Virus record (IMG/VR): IMGVR_UViG_3300026484_000007
Location: 208,603 to 272,602 of that record
Length of the DNA: 64,000 nt
Strand: one strand, 5' to 3'
Shown here: piece after piece, positions 16,693-27,033 of the stretch
Numbering within the stretch: the stretch's first letter is position 1
How the letters are laid out: each line of letters opens with the position of its first letter
The notes under the pieces: model-generated
Seen by the model: the letters and a program-made list of their open reading frames with translations, nothing else
Told to the model about the DNA's origin: nothing
Database searches by the model: none
Position numbers and translations under genes: made by a program

Positions 16693-17445
16693 ATGTTATC
16701 GAAAGACAAATTTAATAAATATTTAAAAATTGAAAATAATACTGTAATTGCAAAAGCACCTATCCGAATCGATCTTGATCTTTCAGAATACAAAAATATA
16801 TCGGAAGAATTTGATACGGATAATGATTCTGGAATTGCAGAGACTGCTAATGGAGTTTATGAGATTCCAGGATTTTTTACTTTAGAAATTCTTGATAATG
16901 ATAAGAATATCGTTGATAGTATTCAATTCTTTTTCCCATACAACGTATACTTATTAGGATCAAATAATTCTGAAATTAGTAGTACAAGATTTTTAATGGA
17001 ATACGAAGAAGGGGATTCAATATTCTTCGCGAAATTTAAAAAACAAGAAACTGATATTAGAATTCTTGACAAATTATTTGAAAACGGGATAAAATATCTT
17101 AGTACAAGAATGGATTTCTTAATTTATAATATTTGGAAACAAGTTGAACCAACGATTAACGTTCCTTGGCATCACTTTGAAGTAATTGTTTCTCAATTGT
17201 ATGGTAAAAGAGTTGAAGGAGGACATTACGTTCCTTTACGATTAACTAACGAAGAGTATTCTAAAAAATATGCTTTAAATACTAAACAAGCAGCGCACTA
17301 TTTTGGAGAATCAAGTGGATTCTTATATGGATATAGTAATGATGCGTTATTGACTAGTGTTTCTAAAGATAAAACAGTTCCGAAAAAATATAGACCAGAT
17401 TATTATATGGAAAAATTAATTGCCGGAGAAGTTAATGAAGTTTAA
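16693..17445 (+). CDS. probable RNA polymerase beta' subunit, C-terminal fragment
   Basis: INVPWHHFEVIVSQL matches the beta' INDKHIEVIVRQM motif; ends MEKLIAGE, like the ENxIxG motif. Confidence 0.6.
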   Translation: MLSKDKFNKYLKIENNTVIAKAPIRIDLDLSEYKNISEEFDTDNDSGIAETANGVYEIPGFFTLEILDNDKNIVDSIQFFFPYNVYLLGSNNSEISSTRFLMEYEEGDSIFFAKFKKQETDIRILDKLFENGIKYLSTRMDFLIYNIWKQVEPTINVPWHHFEVIVSQLYGKRVEGGHYVPLRLTNEEYSKKYALNTKQAAHYFGESSGFLYGYSNDALLTSVSKDKTVPKKYRPDYYMEKLIAGEVNEV

Positions 17446-17458
17446 AAACTTATAAAGT

Positions 17459-17505
17459 TTAAAAGTGATCTAAAAAAGATCACTTTTAATTTTTTTTGTC
17501 TTTAG
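17459..17505 (+). terminator. terminator on a GATC palindrome, with GTCTTTAG tail
   Basis: TTAAAAGTGATCTAAAAAAGATCACTTTTAA then T9. Confidence 0.65.
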
Positions 17506-17549
17506 CAAAATTTTAGCGAAGTTCTATCGAAGTCAATAAAAAAACTTTT

Positions 17550-17680
17550 GAAAACTTGAGTTTCCAGAACGTTGAGCTTCTATAGATATCTAAAGATATA
17601 TAGCAGTTCTAAAAATTTTAGAACTGCTTTTATATCGCTTGTATCTAAAAAAGATGCTACGTGGAAAATCAAAGTTTTTC
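17550..17680. repeat. ~140-bp dispersed palindromic element, copy B
   Basis: Same core, GCAGTTCTAAAA/TTTTAGAACTGC. Confidence 0.85.
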
Positions 17681-17741
17681 AAGTTTTAAATTTAAAAAAA
17701 TACAAAGAAAGAAAAAGAAAGAAAATTAAAAGGATAGTTAA

Positions 17742-19397
17742 ATGAAATTAGATCAATTATTAATGAAACAAAAAACATCTTTGAAAGACTCAGCATTTCC
17801 AGCTTTATTCGCTGGCGACGAAATTACTATAAGTTATTTACCTGAGATCGGAGCATCCGGAATAAATTTTATTAATAAATTAAGAAAGAAAAATATTTTC
17901 AATGAAGTTCTTATTTATCCATATTATACCCTTGGAGCGAAAAAAATTATTTCTAAAGATTACATTGCAGATTTTAAAAAATTAAATCCAAATATAAAGA
18001 CTGTTTATAAATTTAAAACTTTCATGAAAAACAGAGCAAACGTGATCGATCTAACTCCACTGATGGATCTTTTTTCGATCCTAATCAATCAGCAGCCAAA
18101 ATTTAAAGTTTTAAATGAAACGATTGATGCTATAAATAATTATTTTACTGAGAATGTATCTTCCCAAGATCCTACTGGAGAAAAACATTTTATTTTCGTG
18201 GATTGTAATTCTAAAAGCAATTTTAATTTCTTAGATTCTATTTATAGATTATTTAGAAAAAAAGCTTTCAAACTCAATCATGATCTTTTAAAGATCAAAG
18301 GTTTATTTGTAATAGCTTTAAACGAATCTGAAGAATTTGATATTTATCCATTAATCCATAAAAAAGAAAAACATTTAATCTTTCGACCTGATATTTATAG
18401 ATTAATCAAAAAAGATCTTACTGGGATCGAAGAAGAAGAAATAAACGAATTCGTTGATTCATATGAAAAAATCAATGAAGCTAGAAATAATATTTTAAAC
18501 ATTACTGATAAACTTTTAAATAAAATTGGGAAAGGATCTGCAAAAGATTCGAAAGAGACTGCAGACTTTCTAAATCAATTAGGAAATGCTAAAGAAAGAT
18601 TTGAAAACTACATCGATTTAATTTATCAAGAATTATCAAGTAATGATATTCCTGGAAATGATTATATAGAAAAACTTCATCGTTTATTTCCGAAAGACAC
18701 GACGGATCCAAAAAAGATCCAAAAGATTGAAAAATTAATTTCTTACATAGATGATCTTAATAAGATCTATAATGGATCAATTAAAATAAAAAAAGATTTA
18801 ATTAATAAATCTGCTGATATTTATTATGATCCAATGGAGATCGTTAAGTTAGATGAAATTTCTGTTTATAATAAGCAGAAAACAGAATTCGATGAAGTGC
18901 TAGATAAATCAATGTTTGATTTAATTAAAAGTATTGAGCGAGATAAAGATGCAGGAATTGAAGTTCTTGATATTAAAGTAGAAGTTCAAGACACTAATAA
19001 AAGTAGATTTAAAAAATACAAAGTTAAATTAAAGAATACTAAGTTCGGTAAAAAAACTCCATACGAAATAGAATTTCTTACTCCGTATCCTATCAAAGGA
19101 AAATATTTAAAAATAGGTGGAGTAAGATACATAATGTTAAATCAATTTATGGCTAAACCTATTTTAAAAATTAAGCCTAACATTGTAAGATTATATACTC
19201 ACTTCAGTACTTTCTCAGTAACTTTAAAAACTCATAAATATAATAATACTCAAGATTTCCACGAGATCTTAATGAAAGTTACTTCTAGTATAAAAGGATC
19301 TAAAATAGATTACGTCGAATCTACTAACAATGATCCGCGCGAAAAATATAAATTTTATATCGATAGAACTTTTATAGATAAAACTATAGAATTATAA
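17742..19397 (+). CDS. probable RNA polymerase beta subunit, N-terminal fragment with large extension
   Basis: PYPIKGKYLKIGGVRYIMLNQ resembles beta GTFxINGxERVxVSQ; directly precedes the main beta gene. Confidence 0.6.
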   Translation: MKLDQLLMKQKTSLKDSAFPALFAGDEITISYLPEIGASGINFINKLRKKNIFNEVLIYPYYTLGAKKIISKDYIADFKKLNPNIKTVYKFKTFMKNRANVIDLTPLMDLFSILINQQPKFKVLNETIDAINNYFTENVSSQDPTGEKHFIFVDCNSKSNFNFLDSIYRLFRKKAFKLNHDLLKIKGLFVIALNESEEFDIYPLIHKKEKHLIFRPDIYRLIKKDLTGIEEEEINEFVDSYEKINEARNNILNITDKLLNKIGKGSAKDSKETADFLNQLGNAKERFENYIDLIYQELSSNDIPGNDYIEKLHRLFPKDTTDPKKIQKIEKLISYIDDLNKIYNGSIKIKKDLINKSADIYYDPMEIVKLDEISVYNKQKTEFDEVLDKSMFDLIKSIERDKDAGIEVLDIKVEVQDTNKSRFKKYKVKLKNTKFGKKTPYEIEFLTPYPIKGKYLKIGGVRYIMLNQFMAKPILKIKPNIVRLYTHFSTFSVTLKTHKYNNTQDFHEILMKVTSSIKGSKIDYVESTNNDPREKYKFYIDRTFIDKTIEL

Positions 19398-19418
19398 ATT
19401 AATCATAAAGGACAAAAT

Positions 19419-22400
19419 ATGATCAAAAAAGATACGTCTGATGCTACATTAAAATTAAAATCTGCAAAATTTTATATAGATTTTCATAATGAAAAAAATA
19501 ATAAATTATTTTTTTATGAAGTTTATTCTAAGAAAAAAGGAACTGCTGGAGCAGAGCGTCTCGAATACGCTTATATGACTCCAGACGACGAAGTGATCTT
19601 TTACAAACCCATCGATGATATCGAAGAGCATGAAATACCAAAGAAAGATCTTCGAGAGTTTCTTCTTGGTAGAATTAATAGCATAGCGATGTTAAAATTA
19701 GGAGCTAGAGTTGATATTAAATCAAAATCTTCTAAACCTACTTTTAAAATTAAAGCGTTGAGCAATGAACCCGAAGTAATTCTTTTTGCTAGTATTATTT
19801 TAGGATTAAGACCTGCGCTAGATTTCATGGGAATAAAGTATAGTTTTAATAAGACTAAAGAAGGTTATAAATCTATAAAACTATCCACTCAAGATGGTAA
19901 AACTAAATATTTTAATATTTATGCTAACTCTTTATACGATGAATACGTTTTAAATGGAATGTCTTCTTTTATTAAGAAAATTGAATTCACTGAAGAAAAT
20001 TTATCTTCTAAAGATGTATTCATAACTTATTTCGATAATCGTTTTGGTAAAGGTTTATTTAATTCTTATAATCAAAAGTTAGTATCTTTTATAGATACAA
20101 CGACTGAGCAAATTTTAAGATCGTATGGTTATAGTACGGATCCATTAAAATTATTATGTATAACTATGCCTAAGAAAATACTAAACGAAGCAGTCGATGA
20201 TATCGATAATCTTGAAAATAAAAGAATTAGAATGGCTGAAAGTATTGCTCACTCAGCTTATAATGCAGTTTCGCAAGCTCTTGTAAAATTCAAGAAAGAA
20301 TCTAAATTAGATAACGTTAAATTACATATTCAAAAAGATTATATTATTAATAATCTTATTAACACTGGTATGGTTCAATGGAGTAATCCAGTTAACCCAT
20401 TAGAAGAATTAACTACTTCTGCAAAAATTACTAAAACTGGGGTTGGGAATCCATTAAAAGAACAGATCACTATAGACAAAAGGGATCTTAATGAAAGTTA
20501 TTTTGGAGTTGTATCTGCGACACATACTAATGAGTACGGTGGAATAGGTTTAAACCAAACTCTCGTAAATAAAATGATGATCAAAGATAGATTCGGAAGT
20601 ATTTTAATTAAAAAATTCCAAGATACTAATCCTTTTGAAATACTAAGTCCAATTGAAAGTATTGCTCCATTTATGGATACAGATGATACTACTAGAAAAG
20701 TTATGGGGAATCAGCAAACCTCACAATTCATTCAAGTTAAAAATCCAGATGTTCCTCTTGTTCAAACTGGTTTTGAAGCTTATATACCTTATATAGTATC
20801 TGATAGATTTGCAATGAAAGCTAAAAAACCTGGAACTGTTAAATTAGAAAAAGACTATATTATAATGAAATACAATGATGGTTCTGAAGAAATCTTTAGT
20901 ACTAAACCCACTAAAGCGAGAACTAAAAGAGGTCTTTATATTCCAATTGAATATAACGTTCTTGTAAAAGATGGTCAAAAAGTAAAAGAAGGAGAAATCC
21001 TTGCAGCAACTAATTCTTTAAAACACGGAAAATTAGGTATAGGAAAAAATTTAGTAGTCGCAGAAATGTCTTATCGAGGTATGAATTACGAAGATGGTTG
21101 GGTAATATGCGAAGACCTTAAAGAAAAATATCAAAGTTCTTTATATGAAAAAATTACTATAATTATTCCAGAAGGTGCTAAGATTCAAGATTTTAATATT
21201 GAATTAAATAAAAACACTAAACCTGGAGAAAAATTAATTTCGTATGTTACAAACGCAACTGAGTCTTTAGAATTCGATGAAGAAAATAGTATTACTGATG
21301 AAAATACTGATGATTTAAGTACAGGTAAAGAGATTAGAGGTAATACAGTAACTTACTATAGTATCGGTGGACAAATTGCAGATTTTGTAATAAAATTAAA
21401 TTCTACTAAAATTGATAAAAAAATTATAGAAAAATTTAAATTTCAAAATTCAGAAATTGAAAAAAAATTAAAGATTTGCGAAAAACTCAAAAATGAAATT
21501 AATAAATTAGATTGTAGAGATAACATTGAACATCTTGAAGCTCTTGAAGTTGGTGGACATAAAGCAAATAAAATGGAGCCAGAAGGAGCGATTATTGAAG
21601 TCTATATCGAAACAGAAAATCCAATCAGAAACGGATCAAAATTTACTTTAGCGAGTACTGGTGGTAAAGGTACTGTACAATACATTATTGATAAAGATAA
21701 AAAACCTTATACAAAAGAAACTGGATTAGAAATTGATTTTATTGCGACTCCGTTGTCAATCATTTCAAGAAAAAACCCAAGTATTATTTTACAATTGTAT
21801 CTTGGAAAAGTAATTTATTTTCTAAATAAAAAAGTTGAAGAATTAGCTAAAGAAAATAAAATTTCTTCGGTTAGAACTTTAATTACTAAAGTATTTGAAA
21901 GAATTGATAAATCAGATGATAAAGTTTATCTAAATCAATTAAAAGGATTCTTAAAAAATAAAGATGATTTTCTTAAAAAATATATTTTAAAACATGATCC
22001 TTTAAATAACCCAGCTTTCCCAGCAATTATGCCTCCATTCGGAAGTAAATTAAGTACGAAAGATATCGAAGATGCTGCAGATATTCTTGGAATTCCTTTA
22101 CAAGAACATGTAATAATTCCAGAAGAAGATAATAAAGAGACTAAATATAAAGTTACTGTTGGAATTATGCCAGTATTTTATTTAGAACATTTTCCAAAAG
22201 CTATGTCAGGGGTAAGAGGAAGTATTAATGTTAAAAATCAATTAACGACTGGACAAGGTCGTGCCGGAACTAAAGAAGGAAACGGAGCAATTAAACTTGG
22301 TTTATATGATATGTTTTCCGTTACATCAAGACGAGCAAATAAGTTCATTAAAGAAATGTGGGCAGTAAAATCAGATGATTACGAAGCGAAAAAAGAACTT

Positions 22401-22538
22401 CGAAAGAAAATCATTAAATCAGCCGAAACTGGCGAAGAAATAAATGTTTCTGATATTGAAGTAAAACCAGAAGATATTACTACCAAAAAATTGATTGAAG
22501 CATATTTTTATGGAGCATGTTTGCAGCCACGTTTCTAA
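19419..22538 (+). CDS. DNA-directed RNA polymerase beta subunit, main fragment
   Basis: NKRIR, NPLEEL, RDLNESYFGVV..THTNEYGGIGL, DDTTRKVMGNQQTSQ, GKNLVVA..GMNYEDG, GSKF..GGKGTV, PLSIISRKN, GAIKLG. Confidence 0.93.
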   Translation: MIKKDTSDATLKLKSAKFYIDFHNEKNNKLFFYEVYSKKKGTAGAERLEYAYMTPDDEVIFYKPIDDIEEHEIPKKDLREFLLGRINSIAMLKLGARVDIKSKSSKPTFKIKALSNEPEVILFASIILGLRPALDFMGIKYSFNKTKEGYKSIKLSTQDGKTKYFNIYANSLYDEYVLNGMSSFIKKIEFTEENLSSKDVFITYFDNRFGKGLFNSYNQKLVSFIDTTTEQILRSYGYSTDPLKLLCITMPKKILNEAVDDIDNLENKRIRMAESIAHSAYNAVSQALVKFKKESKLDNVKLHIQKDYIINNLINTGMVQWSNPVNPLEELTTSAKITKTGVGNPLKEQITIDKRDLNESYFGVVSATHTNEYGGIGLNQTLVNKMMIKDRFGSILIKKFQDTNPFEILSPIESIAPFMDTDDTTRKVMGNQQTSQFIQVKNPDVPLVQTGFEAYIPYIVSDRFAMKAKKPGTVKLEKDYIIMKYNDGSEEIFSTKPTKARTKRGLYIPIEYNVLVKDGQKVKEGEILAATNSLKHGKLGIGKNLVVAEMSYRGMNYEDGWVICEDLKEKYQSSLYEKITIIIPEGAKIQDFNIELNKNTKPGEKLISYVTNATESLEFDEENSITDENTDDLSTGKEIRGNTVTYYSIGGQIADFVIKLNSTKIDKKIIEKFKFQNSEIEKKLKICEKLKNEINKLDCRDNIEHLEALEVGGHKANKMEPEGAIIEVYIETENPIRNGSKFTLASTGGKGTVQYIIDKDKKPYTKETGLEIDFIATPLSIISRKNPSIILQLYLGKVIYFLNKKVEELAKENKISSVRTLITKVFERIDKSDDKVYLNQLKGFLKNKDDFLKKYILKHDPLNNPAFPAIMPPFGSKLSTKDIEDAADILGIPLQEHVIIPEEDNKETKYKVTVGIMPVFYLEHFPKAMSGVRGSINVKNQLTTGQGRAGTKEGNGAIKLGLYDMFSVTSRRANKFIKEMWAVKSDDYEAKKELRKKIIKSAETGEEINVSDIEVKPEDITTKKLIEAYFYGACLQPRF

Positions 22539-22574
22539 ATTATAAGTATTTAGAAGATTTAGAAGGAGTCGACA

Positions 22575-23576
22575 ATGAAAAAAATGACTAAATTTTTATC
22601 AGTGATCTTTTTAGGATCACTTTTTTTAAATCCACTTTCAGCCAATGATTATAATGATTATAATGATTATAATGATTGTAATGATTGTTTTGAATTTAAC
22701 GATGGAATCGCTATTCCTACAAATCCTATATTAAAAAATAGACTATCGACAAAAATTAGCAATAAAGAATTTTATATCAATGTGCTAAACACTTGTCCAG
22801 GTTTAACATCAAATGAAAAAATTTATTTTGAATTAAACAGAACGAGAATTGATAGTAAAACTGGAAATTGTTATACGGAAAGTAAAATTGTATCTATCGA
22901 AGATCCAACGATTCGTCTTTTTTTGCCAGAGAATGTTTTAAAATTAAAAGTTAAAGATAGTTGGAATATCGCAAAAATTTCGATCGATTACAATTTAAGA
23001 CAAATGATTTATCCATTCAAAATAGTATCTAAAAAAGATTCTTCTGATACTTTTGCGGTAAGACCTGATCATTTTCGAATAAAAGTTTTTAAATCTTCAG
23101 CGTCTGATCCAACCGTATCATCTACATCATCCACATCATCTATACCATCTATACCAGCGGGAAATTTTATTTCACTTAAAATAGAAGCATTAGATTATCA
23201 AGGGAATGTTGTGACGTACGATAAATCTACAGATGATTATTTAACTATAGAACTTTCTCCTGGAAATAAAATACAATTTATTCCTTATAATATAAAAAAC
23301 GGGCAAGGTTTAATAAGAATGATGTTTTCTTTATCTGCAGAAGATCAAGAAATTAAATTAATAGATGAAACTTTTTCTAATATAGATATAAACGATTCTT
23401 TAGAAGATCAACGATATTTTGAAGGAAAAGTTAATTTACGAATCTCAGAAAGATTCAAATCTTGGTGTGGAACTGGAACTGGTGAGAAAGAAAACGATCC
23501 AAATAAAAATACAGTTCAGCCTAATATAAGAAATAATGTAAATAAAAATTTACAATACCATAAAATGCAATGGTAA
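22575..23576 (+). CDS. secreted protein (Sec signal peptide, Ig-like)
   Basis: MKKMTKFLSVIFLGSLFLNPLSA signal; DTFAVRPDHF and AGNFISLKIEALD motifs; NDY repeats. Confidence 0.65.
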   Translation: MKKMTKFLSVIFLGSLFLNPLSANDYNDYNDYNDCNDCFEFNDGIAIPTNPILKNRLSTKISNKEFYINVLNTCPGLTSNEKIYFELNRTRIDSKTGNCYTESKIVSIEDPTIRLFLPENVLKLKVKDSWNIAKISIDYNLRQMIYPFKIVSKKDSSDTFAVRPDHFRIKVFKSSASDPTVSSTSSTSSIPSIPAGNFISLKIEALDYQGNVVTYDKSTDDYLTIELSPGNKIQFIPYNIKNGQGLIRMMFSLSAEDQEIKLIDETFSNIDINDSLEDQRYFEGKVNLRISERFKSWCGTGTGEKENDPNKNTVQPNIRNNVNKNLQYHKMQW

Positions 23577-23624
23577 AAAATGGTAAAAACGATAAAAATG
23601 GTATATTAAATTAAGGATTTAATA

Positions 23625-24818
23625 ATGATTATTACACACAATTATTATATTGATTTTTTTAAAGCCTTTAATCAGTTTCTTAAAAAGATTCTTGATCCTC
23701 GCGCTTTAAAAGACGGTAGAGGTATTCAAAAAATTGAATACTCTATCGCATCTAAAACACTTCTGAGTCATAAATTATATGGAAATGAATCTTTTGAATA
23801 TCCAAATTTAATTATTGATCTTCAAGATATCCATGCTGACGAAGGTGTAAGTACAATTAAAAATAATGCTTATGGTTTAATTGATAATATTAATACGGTT
23901 TATCTCGCGGATAATCTTGATAAGAATCAGTTTATTAAAGCAGAAATGAAAAAATATATTCTTAATTTTAATATTACTATTAATTTAGAAGAATCTGCTG
24001 ATATGTTAAATTTTTATCATTTAATTACGAATCATGTTCCTGTTAATTTTACATTCGTGGATTTTTCATTCTTTTATGGAATAGACATTACTGAGTTTGT
24101 AAATGATGGGAATTGGGATTTTGATAATGATAATATTTTTAACGTATTTAAACAACCTGATCCAACAGAGAGAGATAAAGAGTATTATTATTCTTATTTA
24201 AAAACTCAACCAGAATTAGAATTAACTGGAATTTCTAAAAATGAAGATAAAGAAGGAATGAAGTACAGTATTCAAATGAATTTTCTTGCATCGTTCTTAA
24301 TTCCTTCTTATATTTACGGAACGAATTTTATTAACATTGAAAGAATTGTTCTTCAAATAGATACTACTGATAAAGATGATTATCCTATCATCACTGACAC
24401 AGAAAATATATTTAGTACAAATAAAATTAAAAAAGGATCTTTTTTAGATCCTAATAGTTTTATTTTAAATGAGGAAAACGAATCTTTTGATATAATTTTG
24501 AAAAATGAAGCTAGCGATGAAGAAACTTTAAATTCATTAAAACAATTTAATTATATTTTAAAACTCGAACCTGATCTTTTGGAGATCTTTTCTCAAAAAA
24601 CTCCACATAAGACAGAGAAAAGATTAAATCTTTATTTAGAGAATTTTGAAATTGTATCTGAAGAAGATAAAACAATACTGAGAATCACTAAAGAATCTCA
24701 AAAGACGCATTTTTCTTTATTAGAAGATTTTTTTATAAATTATATAAACTATATAAAAAATGAGGAGAGCGAATCTTCTCAATTTTACAACTTTCAATTA
24801 TTTTATGCGGAGAAGTGA
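23625..24818 (+). CDS. virion structural protein, possibly T4 gp15-like tail terminator
   Basis: N-terminal YYIDFFKAF, YPNLIIDLQDI, YILNFNITI pattern; position in morphogenesis region. Confidence 0.35.
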   Translation: MIITHNYYIDFFKAFNQFLKKILDPRALKDGRGIQKIEYSIASKTLLSHKLYGNESFEYPNLIIDLQDIHADEGVSTIKNNAYGLIDNINTVYLADNLDKNQFIKAEMKKYILNFNITINLEESADMLNFYHLITNHVPVNFTFVDFSFFYGIDITEFVNDGNWDFDNDNIFNVFKQPDPTERDKEYYYSYLKTQPELELTGISKNEDKEGMKYSIQMNFLASFLIPSYIYGTNFINIERIVLQIDTTDKDDYPIITDTENIFSTNKIKKGSFLDPNSFILNEENESFDIILKNEASDEETLNSLKQFNYILKLEPDLLEIFSQKTPHKTEKRLNLYLENFEIVSEEDKTILRITKESQKTHFSLLEDFFINYINYIKNEESESSQFYNFQLFYAEK

Positions 24819-24880
24819 TCTTTTTTAGATCACTTTTTAACCAACTATAAAATTCTAGAAAATTAATTAAGGAGATTTAA

Positions 24881-25714
24881 ATGTCAAAATATTCTGAAAT
24901 CTTAGGGCAACTTATTAATGAAAATATAAGCAAAGCTCATGATTATATCACAAATCAATTAATTATGGAACATCTTTTAAAAACTGGTAAAGTTACAATT
25001 GAAGAAGCTCAATTATTCAATCAAATGACGTATTCAGTGCTTTATGAAAGTTCTCATTTAATGGTACCAACAGTTGAAGAAATTCAAGAAGCGATGATGC
25101 CACCTGCGCCAGCTCAAATGGGTGCGCCAGCTCCAGGAGCAGCAGGAGAGGAACCAGTTCCAGCAATGAACGAAGCGCCAGCTCCAGCTCCAGCAGATGG
25201 AATTCCAAATGAGGGAGAACCAAGTCCTCAAGAAATTCAAGCTGCAATCGATGGTGGAGAAGCTCCAGCAGGTTTAAAAACATTAGTTGATCCAGAAACA
25301 GGAGAAAAATTTCAATTTGATCCAACAAGCGGATCTGTAATGCCTGAAGCTAAAGACGACATGCCAGTACCAGGAGATACAATGGGAGATTCTGCAGAAC
25401 CAGTTCCAGCCCCAGAAGCAGAACCAGCAGCTCCAACAGATGAACCAGCAGCTCCAACTGATCAAGCAGGTTTACCTAAAAAAGACGTAAGTGCTAGCGA
25501 AGGAAATGTTGAAGAATCTACTGCTGCAGAAGCTACAGCAGCTACTGCGGAAGAATCTAAAAAAGATCAAAATATTGAAGAATCTGCGAATGTAGACGCT
25601 TCTGCAAAAGAAGAAGCAAAAGAAGAAGCAAAAGAAGAAGCAAAAGAAGAAGCAAAAGAAGAATTAAATGAAAATGAATTACTAGTTCAATCATTAATGA
25701 ATCTTATAAAATAA
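24881..25714 (+). CDS. acidic Pro/Ala-rich prohead core/scaffold-like protein
   Basis: Many (I/L/V)xE motifs, (EEAK)4 repeat, N-terminal domain paralogous to the next gene. Confidence 0.5.
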   Translation: MSKYSEILGQLINENISKAHDYITNQLIMEHLLKTGKVTIEEAQLFNQMTYSVLYESSHLMVPTVEEIQEAMMPPAPAQMGAPAPGAAGEEPVPAMNEAPAPAPADGIPNEGEPSPQEIQAAIDGGEAPAGLKTLVDPETGEKFQFDPTSGSVMPEAKDDMPVPGDTMGDSAEPVPAPEAEPAAPTDEPAAPTDQAGLPKKDVSASEGNVEESTAAEATAATAEESKKDQNIEESANVDASAKEEAKEEAKEEAKEEAKEELNENELLVQSLMNLIK

Positions 25715-25745
25715 GATAAAATAATATTTTTAAAAGGATTAAATT

Positions 25746-26108
25746 ATGGAAAACAATCCTACTATAGTAGATAAGGTACTTTCGAAGATTATCTTCGAAA
25801 ACCTTATTAAAAACGGAAAAGTTACTTTAGAAGAAGCTCAAATCATCAATGAAGCAATTATCGAAATCGTTGATAGATATAATCATACTATTATTGAAGA
25901 AACTGCAAAAATCAATACTTTAATGAATGTTCAAAATTCTCAGCCTCAGCAACCTCAACAACCTCAAATTAATGAAGCTGAAATGAATAGAATACTTCAA
26001 AGTATTGAGGAAGCAGCAATCGAAGCTACACAAAACAATCAAAAAATTATTGAAGAATCTGAAGAAATGTCAATTGCAGAAAAACTTGCATCTAAAGTTT
26101 TAAAATAA
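25746..26108 (+). CDS. paralog of preceding gene; prohead core-like
   Basis: ENLIKNGKVTLEEAQIIN vs EHLLKTGKVTIEEAQLFN; repeated IEE motifs. Confidence 0.55.
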   Translation: MENNPTIVDKVLSKIIFENLIKNGKVTLEEAQIINEAIIEIVDRYNHTIIEETAKINTLMNVQNSQPQQPQQPQINEAEMNRILQSIEEAAIEATQNNQKIIEESEEMSIAEKLASKVLK

Positions 26109-26144
26109 TTTTTAAAAAAATAAAAATCAAATTAAGGAGTACTA

Positions 26145-26653
26145 ATGAATTACTTTGAAAGAGTAAAATTACATGAAATTTGCGAAAGTGTAAAAGAAAC
26201 TTATCTTTTAAATAGCATCGAAGAAAATGCTAATGAAATCGAAGTTCTAAGAACTAAAAAATTCTTAACTGAAACATTTAATACAATTGAAAAATTATTA
26301 ATTGAAGAAGCAATTGCTGATGGTGTAAAAAAAGCAGCAATTATTGGAGCAGCAGGGTTAGCTGGAACAGCTGCAGGTTATGAACTTGGTCATGCTGCTG
26401 ATGCAGGGGAATTAGCAGCGGGAAAGTAATTGATCCAGCTGCCCCAGAAGAAGTTGTAGTTGATAAAAATTTAATTACTGCAGATGACGTTGAAAAGCGA
26501 GAGATGAATGCTTTTGCGTTATCTGACTTATACAAACTTGCTCAGCAAAATCCTAATGCTGTTTTATATGGAGGAGCGTTAGGAACAGCTGGGTTAGCTT
26601 CTGGTGCAGTCGCTGCTCAAGCAATGAATTCTCAGAATCCAAGAAGTAGATAA
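26145..26653 (+). CDS. glycine-zipper protein expressed as a 94-aa form and a ~169-aa -1 frameshift form
   Basis: 0-frame stops at 26429 right after G GGA AAG. The -1 frame stays open for 75 codons to TAA 26651-26653 and encodes the family's C-terminal GGALGTAGLASG zipper. Confidence 0.65.
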
Positions 26654-26667
26654 AAATTATAAAAATA

Positions 26668-26715
26668 TGGAGTTGTGATCTTTTTTAGATCGCTCTCCAG
26701 TTTTTTTGTCGTTAG
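26668..26715 (+). terminator. terminator on a GATC palindrome, with GTCGTTAG tail
   Basis: TGGAG..GATCTTTTTTAGATC..CTCCA then T7. Confidence 0.65.
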
Positions 26716-26750
26716 AAAAAATTCTGAAAAAATTCTGAAAAAAATTATAA

Positions 26751-26890
26751 AAAACTTGAGATTCGCGGACGTTGCGCTTCTGTAGATATCTAAAGATATA
26801 TAGCAGTTCTAAAATTATCAGAGTGGTTTTAGAACTCGTATATATCTTTGTGTATCCAAAATAGATGCTACATAGAAAATCAAGTTTTTC
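26751..26890. repeat. ~140-bp dispersed palindromic element, copy C
   Basis: Same core. Confidence 0.85.
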
Positions 26891-27033
26891 AATGTTTTCT
26901 TTTGATTGATTTTGATTAAGATTAATTTTAATTTTAATTTTAATTTTAATTAAATTTTATTTATAGCCAAAATCGATCTAACGAAGATAAAAATCTTTAA
27001 TTTAAAAATAATATTATATACTAAGGAGAAATA

